32,000 nucleotides of DNA from Desulfotalea psychrophila LSv54 (GTDB lineage Bacteria; Desulfobacterota; Desulfobulbia; Desulfobulbales; Desulfocapsaceae). Positions 1-8,267 of this stretch are shown one piece after another. The translations under genes were made by a program, and so were the position numbers. The first letter of the stretch is position 1, and every line of letters begins with the position of its first letter. The stretch covers positions 3,240,001 to 3,272,000 of the forward strand of contig NC_006138.1 of assembly GCF_000025945.1 (NCBI RefSeq), in the 5' to 3' direction. A model generated the notes under the pieces. It was not told the DNA's origin and searched no databases. It was given only the letters and a program-made list of their open reading frames with translations.

Positions 1-1049
1 CACCATCTCTGCATCGGCGAGCAACTTAGGCAACCAGATAGGCTCGTCCAAGCTCACCTGATACTCCGGCAAATCTTCCGGAATTCCACCTTTTTTAAAG
101 ACATTCTCAAAATTCTGTTCGGCGGCAATAGCTGCCTCCTCACTATGATAACGAGCTGTAAGCTCCCGAGCCAACTGCTTCTTAACCTCTTTAGGATGCA
201 GGGTCCCTGCTTCCATTTGAGCACGAAGATCCGCAATTTCAGCCGTCGTCAAATCACTTAAGAGCTCATAATAACGAAACATAAGATCATCGGATACCGA
301 GAGGACCTTGCCATAAATAGAATCGGCGTCCTCGGTAATACCAATATAATTACCAAGAGATTTACTCATCTTGTTGACCCCGTCAAGACCTTCAAGCAGG
401 GGTAGGGTGAGGACAACCTGTGGCGCTTGGCCCCTTGATCGTTGCAGGTCACGGCCCATGAGCACATTAAAGCGCTGATCGGTACCACCAATCTCAACAT
501 CTGCCTCCAGGGCAACAGAGTCATATCCCTGAATAAGTGGGTACATGAACTCATGAATGGAAATCGGCTTACCTGATTCATAACGGTTTTTAAAATCTTC
601 TCGCTCAAGCATTCTGGCAACAGTCAGCTCCGAGGCAAGTTGAATCATTTCATGGGCGGTCAACTTACTCAGCCAAGTACTGTTAAAAGCCACGGTGGTC
701 TTTTCTGGATCAAGAATCTTAAAAACCTGCTTCTTGTAGGTCTCGGCGTTTTCAGCAACCTGTTCGACGGTCAGAGCCTTACGAGTCTCTGACTTGCCTG
801 TGGGATCGCCAATCATACCGGTAAAGTCACCAATCAAAAAGATAACCTGATGCCCGAGATCCTGAAATTGCTTTAATTTCTGCAGGAGCACAGTATGACC
901 AAGATGAAGATCCGGGGCAGTTGGATCAAAGCCGGCCTTTACCTTTAGGGGAATACCGGTCTCAGCTGATTTTTTGAGCTTTTTCACCAGTTCATCACGG
1001 GAAATACAGTCAACACATCCCCGTTCTATCAATTCTATCTGTTCTTCAA
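1..1049 (-). CDS. tyrS: Tyrosine--tRNA ligase, N-terminal ~350 codons (C-terminus lies beyond the window start)
   Basis: Absent from the ORF track because the frame is open to the window edge. Hand translation from the ATG at 1049 gives [30 protein letters not shown]...[17 protein letters not shown]...[13 protein letters not shown]. This carries the class I aaRS HIGH-type (HLGH) and KMSKS signatures in a TyrRS-like context. Confidence 0.9.
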
Positions 1050-1123
1050 GAGAAGGCATATCCACACTCTACTTTTTTTTTATCTGTAAGCCAGGGAGGC
1101 GCAGGGTCTGCCCTCCCCATCCT

Positions 1124-2689
1124 TTATTTTGCGTACTCTACCGACCTTGTCTCACGAATAACTGTGACACGAATCTGACCTGGATAGGTAAGTTTTTCTT
1201 CAATACTTGCAGCAATATTCCTACTCAAAAGCGTCGCCTCGGCATCACTTATCTTTTGAGCATCTGCAATAATACGCAAATCACGACCCGCCTGAATTGC
1301 ATAGGATTTATCTACCCCAGGAAATTTATTAGCTATCGCCTCTAGGTCTTCTAAACGCTTAACATAACTTTGAAGCATCTCTTTACGAGCGCCGGGACGG
1401 GCGCCAGAAAGTGCATCCGCTGCCTGAACCAGGATATCCAAAACACTCTTGGGAGGTTGATCGGCATGGTGAGCACCAATTGCATAGACAATCTCATCAG
1501 GCTCGCCATATTTCTTAGCCAGATCCCGACCAATAACAGCATGGGACCCCTCAACCTCATGATCAACAGCCTTGCCGATATCATGCAACAGCCCAGCCCG
1601 CTTAGCCATTTTCACATCAATACCCAACTCGGCTGCCATGATGCCACAGAGAAAGGCCACCTCAAGAGAGTGTTGTAAGACGTTTTGCCCATAACTGGTA
1701 CGGTAACGCAAACGGCCAAGAAGTTTGATCAACTCTACGTGGACGCCATGAGCACCAACATCAAACGTTGCCTGCTCACCAGCCTCACACATAACTTCAT
1801 CAAGCTCTTTCGACACCTTCTCAACAACCTCTTCAATTCTACCTGGATGAATACGACCATCACTGATTAGTTGAATGAGAGCAAGACGGGCAACTTCACG
1901 ACGGACAGGATTGAAGCCGGAAAGAATAACAGCCTCCGGAGTATCATCAATAATAATATCAATCCCCGTTGCTGCTTCGATAGCACGAATATTGCGACCC
2001 TCTCGACCAATAATACGGCCCTTCATCTCATCACTTGGCAGAGGTACCATGGAAACTGTCTTATCGGCGACATAGTCACCGGCATAACGACAAATTGCCA
2101 GGGCCAAAATACTACGCGCCTTGCGATCTGCCTCAAGTTTCATCTCATTTTCAATTTTAGAGAGCCGTTTCGCCGCATCCATCTGGGCCTCACTCTCAAT
2201 GGATTCCATCAAGAGCTTTTTCGCCTCATCCTGGGTAATACCGGCAATACGAGCAAGTTCGTCCCGTTGTTTGAGGATCTCATTATCAGCTTCCTCATGT
2301 TTTACATCTACCTCACGCAGGCGACGTTCAAGGGCCTTCTCGGCAACAACATGACGACTTTGACGTTTTTCAAAACGCTCATTTTCACGTTTTATATTAT
2401 CACGTTGCTTCTTCAGCTGTCGATGTTCATCCTTAAGATCATCACGTTCAAGCTTTACCTCAGCCTCTAAGCTCTGCTTTATTTGATACACCTCTTCCTT
2501 GCTCTGCAACAAGGCTTCCTTCTTTAACTGCTCGGCATCAATAATAGCATTTTCAATAATCTGCTTACTCTGAGCCTGAATATTCTGCTGTTGACGTTCA
2601 ACAAGCTGTTTCCTCAGGAAAAAACCAATCAAGCAACCGACAATTAAGTCAAGCCCCAGATAAACAAATGGATGTTCAATAAAAAACAT
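1124..2689 (-). CDS. rny: Ribonuclease Y
   Basis: 521-aa ORF with an N-terminal hydrophobic helix and a long Lys/Glu-rich coiled coil. It also has a KH domain ([15 protein letters not shown]) and an HD domain ([12 protein letters not shown]). Together these make the canonical RNase Y architecture. Confidence 0.92.
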   Translation of the reverse strand: MFFIEHPFVYLGLDLIVGCLIGFFLRKQLVERQQQNIQAQSKQIIENAIIDAEQLKKEALLQSKEEVYQIKQSLEAEVKLERDDLKDEHRQLKKQRDNIKRENERFEKRQSRHVVAEKALERRLREVDVKHEEADNEILKQRDELARIAGITQDEAKKLLMESIESEAQMDAAKRLSKIENEMKLEADRKARSILALAICRYAGDYVADKTVSMVPLPSDEMKGRIIGREGRNIRAIEAATGIDIIIDDTPEAVILSGFNPVRREVARLALIQLISDGRIHPGRIEEVVEKVSKELDEVMCEAGEQATFDVGAHGVHVELIKLLGRLRYRTSYGQNVLQHSLEVAFLCGIMAAELGIDVKMAKRAGLLHDIGKAVDHEVEGSHAVIGRDLAKKYGEPDEIVYAIGAHHADQPPKSVLDILVQAADALSGARPGARKEMLQSYVKRLEDLEAIANKFPGVDKSYAIQAGRDLRIIADAQKISDAEATLLSRNIAASIEEKLTYPGQIRVTVIRETRSVEYAK

Positions 2690-2868
2690 AAGAGATTTCG
2701 CCTATATACACGACTGACACTACAGAAACACAGGAAGAGGCACAACAAGATATGACATAGAATATGCCACAAGAAAAAGCTATTAAACAAGAAAGTTACC
2801 GCCTAGACTGAAGACCCGTTCTACTCCACAGCAACATAGAAACAAAAGCCACCAGTCACCCTACAAAC

Positions 2869-2917
2869 AAAAAAACCTTCTCCCCAATATGCCGTTATCC
2901 TCACTGAAAAGAGGAGA
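2869..2917 (-). terminator. Candidate intrinsic terminator between the 6S-like RNA and rny
   Basis: On the minus strand, UCUCCUC (2917-2911) pairs with GGGGAGA (2885-2879): 7 bp including 1 G.U, with a 25-nt loop. The stem is followed by AGG and then a run of 7 U (2875-2869). Folded by hand only. Confidence 0.35.
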
Positions 2918-3120
2918 TAAGAGAAAACCCATATCCAACCTTTCAACATCCGTATATTACTCAACAGAATTTCTGTTGGAATCAATCTTCTTAATTATTT
3001 TAATGCACCAGCAAGAGTCTTATCACAACGATCTACTCTTGCTTCCACATTTATTTGCATTTATATTTTGAGATAAAACTATATCCCACAGGATCCAAAC
3101 AAGATCTCTGAAAAATCATA

Positions 3121-3296
3121 AAAATCCCCCACACTGCCGTGTCGCTAAGATAGTTAAACCTAAATTAATAGGTGGGCATCATATTATCAGCTCAGCCAAT
3201 TCGTCACCGATTCACCTTTACTGACAAGAGACAACGCCCTTTTATTGAGAGTTGGCTCAACACACTTTAGCAATCACCAACAGCACAGGGGAATAT
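3121..3296 (-). ncRNA. ssrS: Candidate 6S RNA (RNA polymerase-binding regulatory RNA)
   Basis: About 175 nt, non-coding, directly downstream of zapA, which is the zapA-ssrS synteny known from E. coli. Hand fold on the minus strand gives a closing stem of 15 consecutive pairs (3292-3278 with 3125-3139, 6 of them G.U), then a 4x2 internal loop, then a 7-bp helix (3273-3267 with 3148-3142). A large central bubble follows (5' arm 3266-3240, 3' arm 3173-3149), and the 3' arm can form a 5-bp mini-hairpin (ACCUA/UAGGU, 3173-3158). An internal stem (3239-3231 with 3174-3182, and 3227-3221 with 3184-3190) leads to a terminal hairpin UCG-GUGA-CGA (GNRA loop, 3210-3201). The G.U pairs become C.A mismatches on the plus strand, so the fold is strand-specific. 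End coordinates are +/-10 nt. Confidence 0.55.
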
Positions 3297-3374
3297 CATC
3301 TTTTCTTCTAAACTTACACTCACTAGGATAGCAAATTTTTGCTTAAACGAAAACCTATTTAAGGTCCTCCAGCA

Positions 3375-3677
3375 CTATTTTTCCAAGTGACCTGCTATAT
3401 CTTCACTAAGCTGGCTAATGCGCCTCAAAGAGTCTTCACGATACTGACGAGAATCGCGTTGCAGACAGACATAATCAGAGGCCATCTTCAAACAGGCACG
3501 CACAGCGATTTTTGCTACCAATAAAGACCCCTTTGGTCCATCATTATCCTCCCTTATGCCATCACGAACCAAAGAGAGGATGTGCTCCATATCCTCTTCG
3601 GACTCTTCCGTATAAAAAGAAAATTGTTGACCAAGAAGCTCAAATTGTACTAATCGCTCACTATCTGACATAGACAT
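3375..3677 (-). CDS. zapA: Cell division protein ZapA
   Basis: 100-aa ORF. Its N-terminal beta region (VQFELLGQQFSFYTEE) followed by a helical C-terminal coiled coil matches the ZapA layout. It sits directly downstream of a ZapB-like coiled-coil gene. Confidence 0.65.
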   Translation of the reverse strand: MSMSDSERLVQFELLGQQFSFYTEESEEDMEHILSLVRDGIREDNDGPKGSLLVAKIAVRACLKMASDYVCLQRDSRQYREDSLRRISQLSEDIAGHLEK

Positions 3678-3739
3678 AACCTCTGCACAACAAAAAAGCT
3701 TGCTCTCATAAATTGACGCCCAGCTTTTTGTCAGATACC

Positions 3740-4027
3740 TTAGCCATTATGGTAAGAAGACTCTTGAACCACATCTTCCTGTACCACAGGGCTCTCTGCA
3801 GATACACCTCCACCAGTCAGATCACGCTCCCAGCTTTCAAACTGGGTAACAATGCGAGTCACACGCTCTGAAATATCCTCTTTCTCTAACTGTTGCATAG
3901 CAAGCTGATCATTGAGTTCTTCGATAACAGCCTGCTTTTCAACAAGTTTAACCCGCAAGGTCTCAAAATCCTTCAAAAGCTTTCCTACAAATATTTCAAG
4001 TCGTTGCAATTCATTTCCTTCACTCAT
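3740..4027 (-). CDS. zapB: ZapB-like coiled-coil cell division protein
   Basis: 95-aa ORF, almost entirely heptad-like coiled coil (LQRLEIFVGKLLKDFETLRVKLVEKQAVIEELNDQL...). Its size and its position upstream of zapA are typical of ZapB annotations. Confidence 0.5.
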   Translation of the reverse strand: MSEGNELQRLEIFVGKLLKDFETLRVKLVEKQAVIEELNDQLAMQQLEKEDISERVTRIVTQFESWERDLTGGGVSAESPVVQEDVVQESSYHNG

Positions 4028-4117
4028 CGTAATCGCCTCTCAACCCAATAACGTTTTATAAAAATAATCTCATTTTTAAGTAAAAAATTCATATATTTGC
4101 TTCACTAACAACAAAAA

Positions 4118-4615
4118 CTATATTCGAGAATAACTCCAACTCAAAGGACGGGAGCCATTATACGGCATATAACCATGAAAGGTACGCGGATCATCGTCAA
4201 AAACAAGCGGCAAAAAATAACGATCTCCTTCCCACATAGGCAAGTCTTGGAGGCGATCGATATCTACCCACAACAAATCCCCCTCTTCATTAGAATTATA
4301 GGGGATACCGCTAAAAGCTTCAACACGAAAAATAAATCCGAGCCAATTCTCTCCATTCGGGCCAAAGCCTGTCCAGTTAATAGTACCTCGAAGTGTCACG
4401 TTTTCACAAACAATTCCCGCCTCCTCATGTATTTCCCGACGAAGACACTGCACAATATCTTCACTGGCCTCCATCTTACCACCAAGGCCATTATACTTCC
4501 CCAGGTGCTGATCAGATTCCCGTTTATTACGATGAACAAGCAAGGTCTGCTTGCCATTCGGAGATATAATATAGACAAGAGAGCCAATAATTGGTGTATA
4601 CATGATTTTTAACAC
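4118..4615 (-). CDS. Nudix hydrolase (MutT-like)
   Basis: 165-aa ORF with a complete Nudix box, GGKMEASEDIVQCLRREIHEEAGI (GX5EX7REUXEEXGU). Confidence 0.85.
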   Translation of the reverse strand: MLKIMYTPIIGSLVYIISPNGKQTLLVHRNKRESDQHLGKYNGLGGKMEASEDIVQCLRREIHEEAGIVCENVTLRGTINWTGFGPNGENWLGFIFRVEAFSGIPYNSNEEGDLLWVDIDRLQDLPMWEGDRYFLPLVFDDDPRTFHGYMPYNGSRPLSWSYSRI

Positions 4616-4637
4616 ATCCTATAGACAAACATATTAT

Positions 4638-4665
4638 TTTGCAGCCTGCCAGAGTATGATATAAT
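4638..4665 (+). promoter_or_regulatory. Candidate sigma70-type promoter with extended -10
   Basis: TTTGCA/TTGCAG at 4638-4644, then a 15-16 nt spacer, TG at 4657-4658 and TATAAT at 4660-4665. The -10 element ends only 6 nt before the ATG at 4672. Confidence 0.4.
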
Positions 4666-4671
4666 CACGAC

Positions 4672-6045
4672 ATGAAAAGACTACGCATTAATCAAAGACA
4701 ACAAAATGCCCAAGTATACACTGCATTTATTATAAAGGAAAAGAAATTCCTCAAAGTTTTCCTCTGTCTTTTTACAGTCCTACTACTTTCTAGCAGTGCC
4801 CATGCAACTCATCAGCTTAACTTTCCATATTATCCTGAAATAAAGGTCAATATCGATTTCTGGGAAAAAATATACGGTATCTATAGCCAGGGAGAGGGGA
4901 TTGTCCATGATAGGGAACAGCTTAACCTCGTTTACGAGATAATTCCTCTCATCGACCCCACCCTTCCAGCCGCGACTCGAATAAACCGGAACACTCGAAA
5001 AAGGGTCCTTAAAAAATACAAAACTCTCCTCATTGCCCTCAGCACAGGGACGCCTGCAAGAACTCTTAACGAAAAGAGGGTGGCAAGCTATTTCAGAGGA
5101 AAAAACAGAAAAAAACGACTTCGCCAAGCTGCCAAAAATATCCGTATTCAAACAGGCCTGAAAAAACGCTTTGAACAGGGAGTCGTTCGTTCCGGTAGAT
5201 ACATAAATGAAATCAAGAAAGTATTTATCTCCCGCGGCCTGCCCATGGAGCTTGCCTACCTACCCCACGTTGAATCCAGCTTCAATAGCAAGGCCCACAG
5301 CAAATATGGTGCCCGCGGCATGTGGCAATTCACTAAGAGCACAGGAAGGGACTATCTACGAATCGACAGACTCATCGATGAACGTTGTGATCCCATACGA
5401 GCATCGGAGGCCGCAGCCTCTTATCTCAAAGAGAGTTTTGCAGTATTGGGCACTTGGCCCCTCGCCCTAACCTCATATAATTATGGTAGAGCCGGAATGC
5501 TTCGAGCCCTCAAGACCAAGGGGAGCTATCCTAAAATGTTCGAGTCCTACAGTGAAGGCCATTTTAAATTTGCCTCGCGAAATGTCTATCCAGAGTTCAT
5601 TGCCGCCTACAATGTTGCCCGGAGGATAGAACAAAATAGCAGTATAAAAAAAGAACGAGCCCTACGGACAAGATATCTGCAGATATCAAATTTCATAAGT
5701 ACCGCCAGCATTGGTCGGCATTTTAAATTACCGGAACGGGTTATAGCAGAACTGAACCCGGCCCTGAGCAATTTTATCCTCAGCGGAGATAAGTACATTC
5801 CCGCCGGCTACATCCTTCGCCTTCCCCAAACTCCACTGATCAGCAAACGCCTGAACAAGATTCCTCCCTCTGCCTATCGAAAAAGGCAAAAAAAGGACAA
5901 TTTTCACATCGTACAAAGAGGAGAAACGGCAGGCTCCATCGCCATCCAGCACGAAGTTTCTCTCACAAGCCTGATCCTGGCCAACAAGTTGGATGAAGAT
6001 GCCACAATCCGCCGTAAACAAAAACTAAGACTGCCCATCTTATAA
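4672..6045 (+). CDS. MltD-like lytic murein transglycosylase with C-terminal LysM domain
   Basis: 457-aa ORF with a signal-peptide-like FLCLFTVLLLSSSAHA. The SLT catalytic region reads LPHVESSFNSKAHSKYGARGMWQF. The C-terminal LysM region reads HIVQRGETAGSIAIQHEVSLTSLILANKL. The exact start is uncertain. Confidence 0.8.
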   Translation: MKRLRINQRQQNAQVYTAFIIKEKKFLKVFLCLFTVLLLSSSAHATHQLNFPYYPEIKVNIDFWEKIYGIYSQGEGIVHDREQLNLVYEIIPLIDPTLPAATRINRNTRKRVLKKYKTLLIALSTGTPARTLNEKRVASYFRGKNRKKRLRQAAKNIRIQTGLKKRFEQGVVRSGRYINEIKKVFISRGLPMELAYLPHVESSFNSKAHSKYGARGMWQFTKSTGRDYLRIDRLIDERCDPIRASEAAASYLKESFAVLGTWPLALTSYNYGRAGMLRALKTKGSYPKMFESYSEGHFKFASRNVYPEFIAAYNVARRIEQNSSIKKERALRTRYLQISNFISTASIGRHFKLPERVIAELNPALSNFILSGDKYIPAGYILRLPQTPLISKRLNKIPPSAYRKRQKKDNFHIVQRGETAGSIAIQHEVSLTSLILANKLDEDATIRRKQKLRLPIL

Positions 6046-6182
6046 GCCTTGTGTTTTTACACACAATTAATACAATGACAACATTGTATCCAGGCATTAG
6101 AGATATGCAGGTCAAAACATTTTACCCAAACGAACTCAACATGCCATAGGCAGATGGTTGACAAAAAGCACAGGGAGCACAT

Positions 6183-6545
6183 ATGAATATATCAGCAAAA
6201 ATAGCCGAATTAAAAAAACGACCTGACTTTGCAGAGAACGTGGGAATGATCCTTGCCCACAATGGCGTAGTCAGGAAGTGGTCCAGAGCCCAGGAAGGAA
6301 AAATAAATGTTCTTGAGGTAAGGGCCAACAAAAATAAAATAGAGGCTCTTCGCCAAGAATACCTTAAACACGAGGGTATTTATGAAATACTGGTAGAATC
6401 TCACTCAGGAAAATTTTACCCTGGAGATGATCTTTTATTCATCGTTGTAGCAGGGGATATCCGAGAAAATGTCAAACCGGTTCTCTCAGACCTCCTCAAC
6501 AGAATAAAGAGTGAAGCCATTGAGAAGAGGGAAATTTTCGAATAA
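6183..6545 (+). CDS. MoaE-like (molybdopterin synthase large-subunit family) small protein
   Basis: 120-aa ORF with GGGAG 6 nt upstream of the ATG. The C-terminal half (GKFYPGDDLLFIVVAGDIRENVKPVLSDLLNRIKSEAIEKRE) resembles the MoaE pattern G-x-GD-x-V-x-V-x(4)-R-x(n)-K-x(n)-KKE, as I recall it. The family assignment is tentative. Confidence 0.45.
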   Translation: MNISAKIAELKKRPDFAENVGMILAHNGVVRKWSRAQEGKINVLEVRANKNKIEALRQEYLKHEGIYEILVESHSGKFYPGDDLLFIVVAGDIRENVKPVLSDLLNRIKSEAIEKREIFE

Positions 6546-6617
6546 TATCCTTTACAATTACTGCCAGAGTCCACAGGGCCTCGGCAGTAAGCCCCCCTCC
6601 CCCCTTCAATAAAACAT

Positions 6618-7850
6618 ATGCAAAACAAAATACTCTCCGCCCAAAGACTTCAGCGAATCGGCACCTACCTTCTGCAGCAAACCATCATCATAATTATTAG
6701 TACCGCACGGGGATTTAAACAAAATAAACTCTCCCTTCGGTCAAGTGCCCTGACATACACTACCCTACTCTCTCTGGTACCAATACTTGCCATGAGCACC
6801 GCTGTAGTGAAGGGCTTAGGCGGAGGCGACCAACTACGAAATGTTGCCTATAGCTATATCCAGACCCTGGAAAAGGCATCGCCTGCCGCTGCCCCGACGG
6901 ACCAGGGGAGCGACAAATCCACATTTACCACCCATCTCCGTTCAGCGGTAAAGCAGGTATTTGACTATGTGGACAGAACAAATTTTGCCACCTTGGGTTC
7001 CTTTGGCATGGCCGGCATCATCCTCAGTGTCATCCTGGTCTTCAGCCATATTGAAACGGCAATGAACGCCATCTGGAAGGTACACAGTAGCAGGTCTATA
7101 ATGCGTAAGCTCTCAGACTACGTCACCCTTTTAGTCCTTATGCCTATTTCCATAAATATAGCCTTTGCCGCAAGCGCCTTCCTCAAAAGCCCCACACTCA
7201 ACTCTAAAATTGATATTTTTGTCCCCTTTGCCTGGCTACAGACACTCCTCTTTCAATTTATCCCCGTCTTCTTTATAGCCCTGACTCTCTATGTTATTTA
7301 TCTCTTTTTCCCAAACACCAAGGTGAAAAACCTTCCGGCAGCGCTCGGCGCCCTCCTTGCCGGCAGCCTTTGGTTTTTCGTGCAAAACATTTACATAGGT
7401 CTACAAATTGGGGTGGGCAACTACAACGCCATCTATGGCTCCTTCGCAACAGTACCACTGTTTCTTATCTGGATGTATCTGGGCTGGGTGTTCATCCTCT
7501 TTGGGGCTCAATTTGCCTTTGCCATCCAAAACAGAAAGAGCTACTCCCTCCGGCCCGACAACAGCTCCCCCGCACTTCAGCTAGGTGCAGCCTTTGATAT
7601 TATAAATCTCGTCCACAAGAATCCACTGGCCATAACAGAGATAGAAGGCAAACTGACTGACTACTCAGCAGAACTCATAAAAGAGACCATCACAAAACTG
7701 CATCGCGGTACAGCCATCCATATCATAGAGGAGACCTATCTTGTCCCCACGACACCCAGAAAAAAAATAAGCTCCCCTGCCATCATCTCCATCATCCTTG
7801 GCCAGGAATTCGAAAATATAATAGAAAAAAAAACGCCAACACCCCTCTAA
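6618..7850 (+). CDS. YihY/BrkB family inner membrane protein
   Basis: 410-aa polytopic ORF. Family-typical segments include SSALTYTTLLSLVPILA and YGSFATVPLFLIWMYLGWVFILFGAQFAFAIQN. There is an extra ~100-aa soluble C-terminal extension. Confidence 0.8.
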   Translation: MQNKILSAQRLQRIGTYLLQQTIIIIISTARGFKQNKLSLRSSALTYTTLLSLVPILAMSTAVVKGLGGGDQLRNVAYSYIQTLEKASPAAAPTDQGSDKSTFTTHLRSAVKQVFDYVDRTNFATLGSFGMAGIILSVILVFSHIETAMNAIWKVHSSRSIMRKLSDYVTLLVLMPISINIAFAASAFLKSPTLNSKIDIFVPFAWLQTLLFQFIPVFFIALTLYVIYLFFPNTKVKNLPAALGALLAGSLWFFVQNIYIGLQIGVGNYNAIYGSFATVPLFLIWMYLGWVFILFGAQFAFAIQNRKSYSLRPDNSSPALQLGAAFDIINLVHKNPLAITEIEGKLTDYSAELIKETITKLHRGTAIHIIEETYLVPTTPRKKISSPAIISIILGQEFENIIEKKTPTPL

Positions 7851-7857
7851 TTTTGCA

Positions 7858-7908
7858 TAAAAAAAGCCCTGCAGTAAATGTCTTATAAAAGATATTCACG
7901 GCAGGGCT
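7858..7908 (-). terminator. Intrinsic terminator of the uvrD-folC-HNH transcription unit (hairpin also abuts the yihY-like 3' end)
   Basis: AGCCCTGC (7865-7872) pairs with GCAGGGCT (7901-7908). The helix extends inward (7874-7884 with 7899-7889, one mismatch and one G.U). On the minus strand the hairpin is followed immediately by UUUUUU (the complement of 7859-7864). On the plus strand there is no U tract. Confidence 0.6.
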
Positions 7909-7961
7909 GAGGGGCATGGGGGGCTTACCATCCCTAATTCTGGTAAAGACAAAAAGGTAAA

Positions 7962-8267
7962 TTATTTTTTCTCTGCAAGACCCTCCTGATAGGCCTCCCA
8001 TTCCAGAGGAAGCATATTTTTTTTCTTATTATTGCAATCCTTACAACAGGGCACCAGATTATCCTTAGAACTCCTGCCACCACGGGCAAGGGGCACCAGA
8101 TGATCCATGGTCACATCCTTATAGAGCACCTTTTTACTACAGTAATAGCAGAGTCCTGAAGAGGTTTTCTGCTGCCACCAACGGGTCTTCCGCAAATCAC
8201 GGGCCTTGGCCCGTTCCCTGCGTATGGTCGCCTCATCCACCGCATCAAAATCAAAATTTTCTATCAT
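7962..8267 (-). CDS. Small HNH endonuclease-domain protein
   Basis: 101-aa ORF. CYYCSKK...DHLVPLARGGRSSKDNLVPCCKDCNNKK gives two Cys pairs plus a D-H...N...N HNH core. Its ATG (8267) directly abuts the folC stop codon (8268-8270), reading TAAATG. Confidence 0.8.
   Translation of the reverse strand: MIENFDFDAVDEATIRRERAKARDLRKTRWWQQKTSSGLCYYCSKKVLYKDVTMDHLVPLARGGRSSKDNLVPCCKDCNNKKKNMLPLEWEAYQEGLAEKK

Noticed and set aside
974-1345. 123-aa plus-strand ORF spanning the tyrS start, the spacer and the rny 3' end.
   Set aside because: It overlaps two well-supported minus-strand genes, has no SD or motif, and its sequence is compositionally odd. Treated as spurious.
2889-3071. 60-aa plus-strand ORF in the zapA-rny spacer, and the 21-codon minus-strand ORF at 2995-3060.
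   Set aside because: Neither has a Shine-Dalgarno or a recognisable motif. The plus-strand ORF runs against the transcription direction of every neighbouring gene. The region is better explained as non-coding RNA or leader sequence.
6158-6163. Perfect TTGACA hexamer upstream of the MoaE-like gene as a -35 element.
   Set aside because: No acceptable -10 hexamer occurs at 16-18 nt spacing (ATATGA overlaps the start codon). It is likely coincidental, so no promoter is called.
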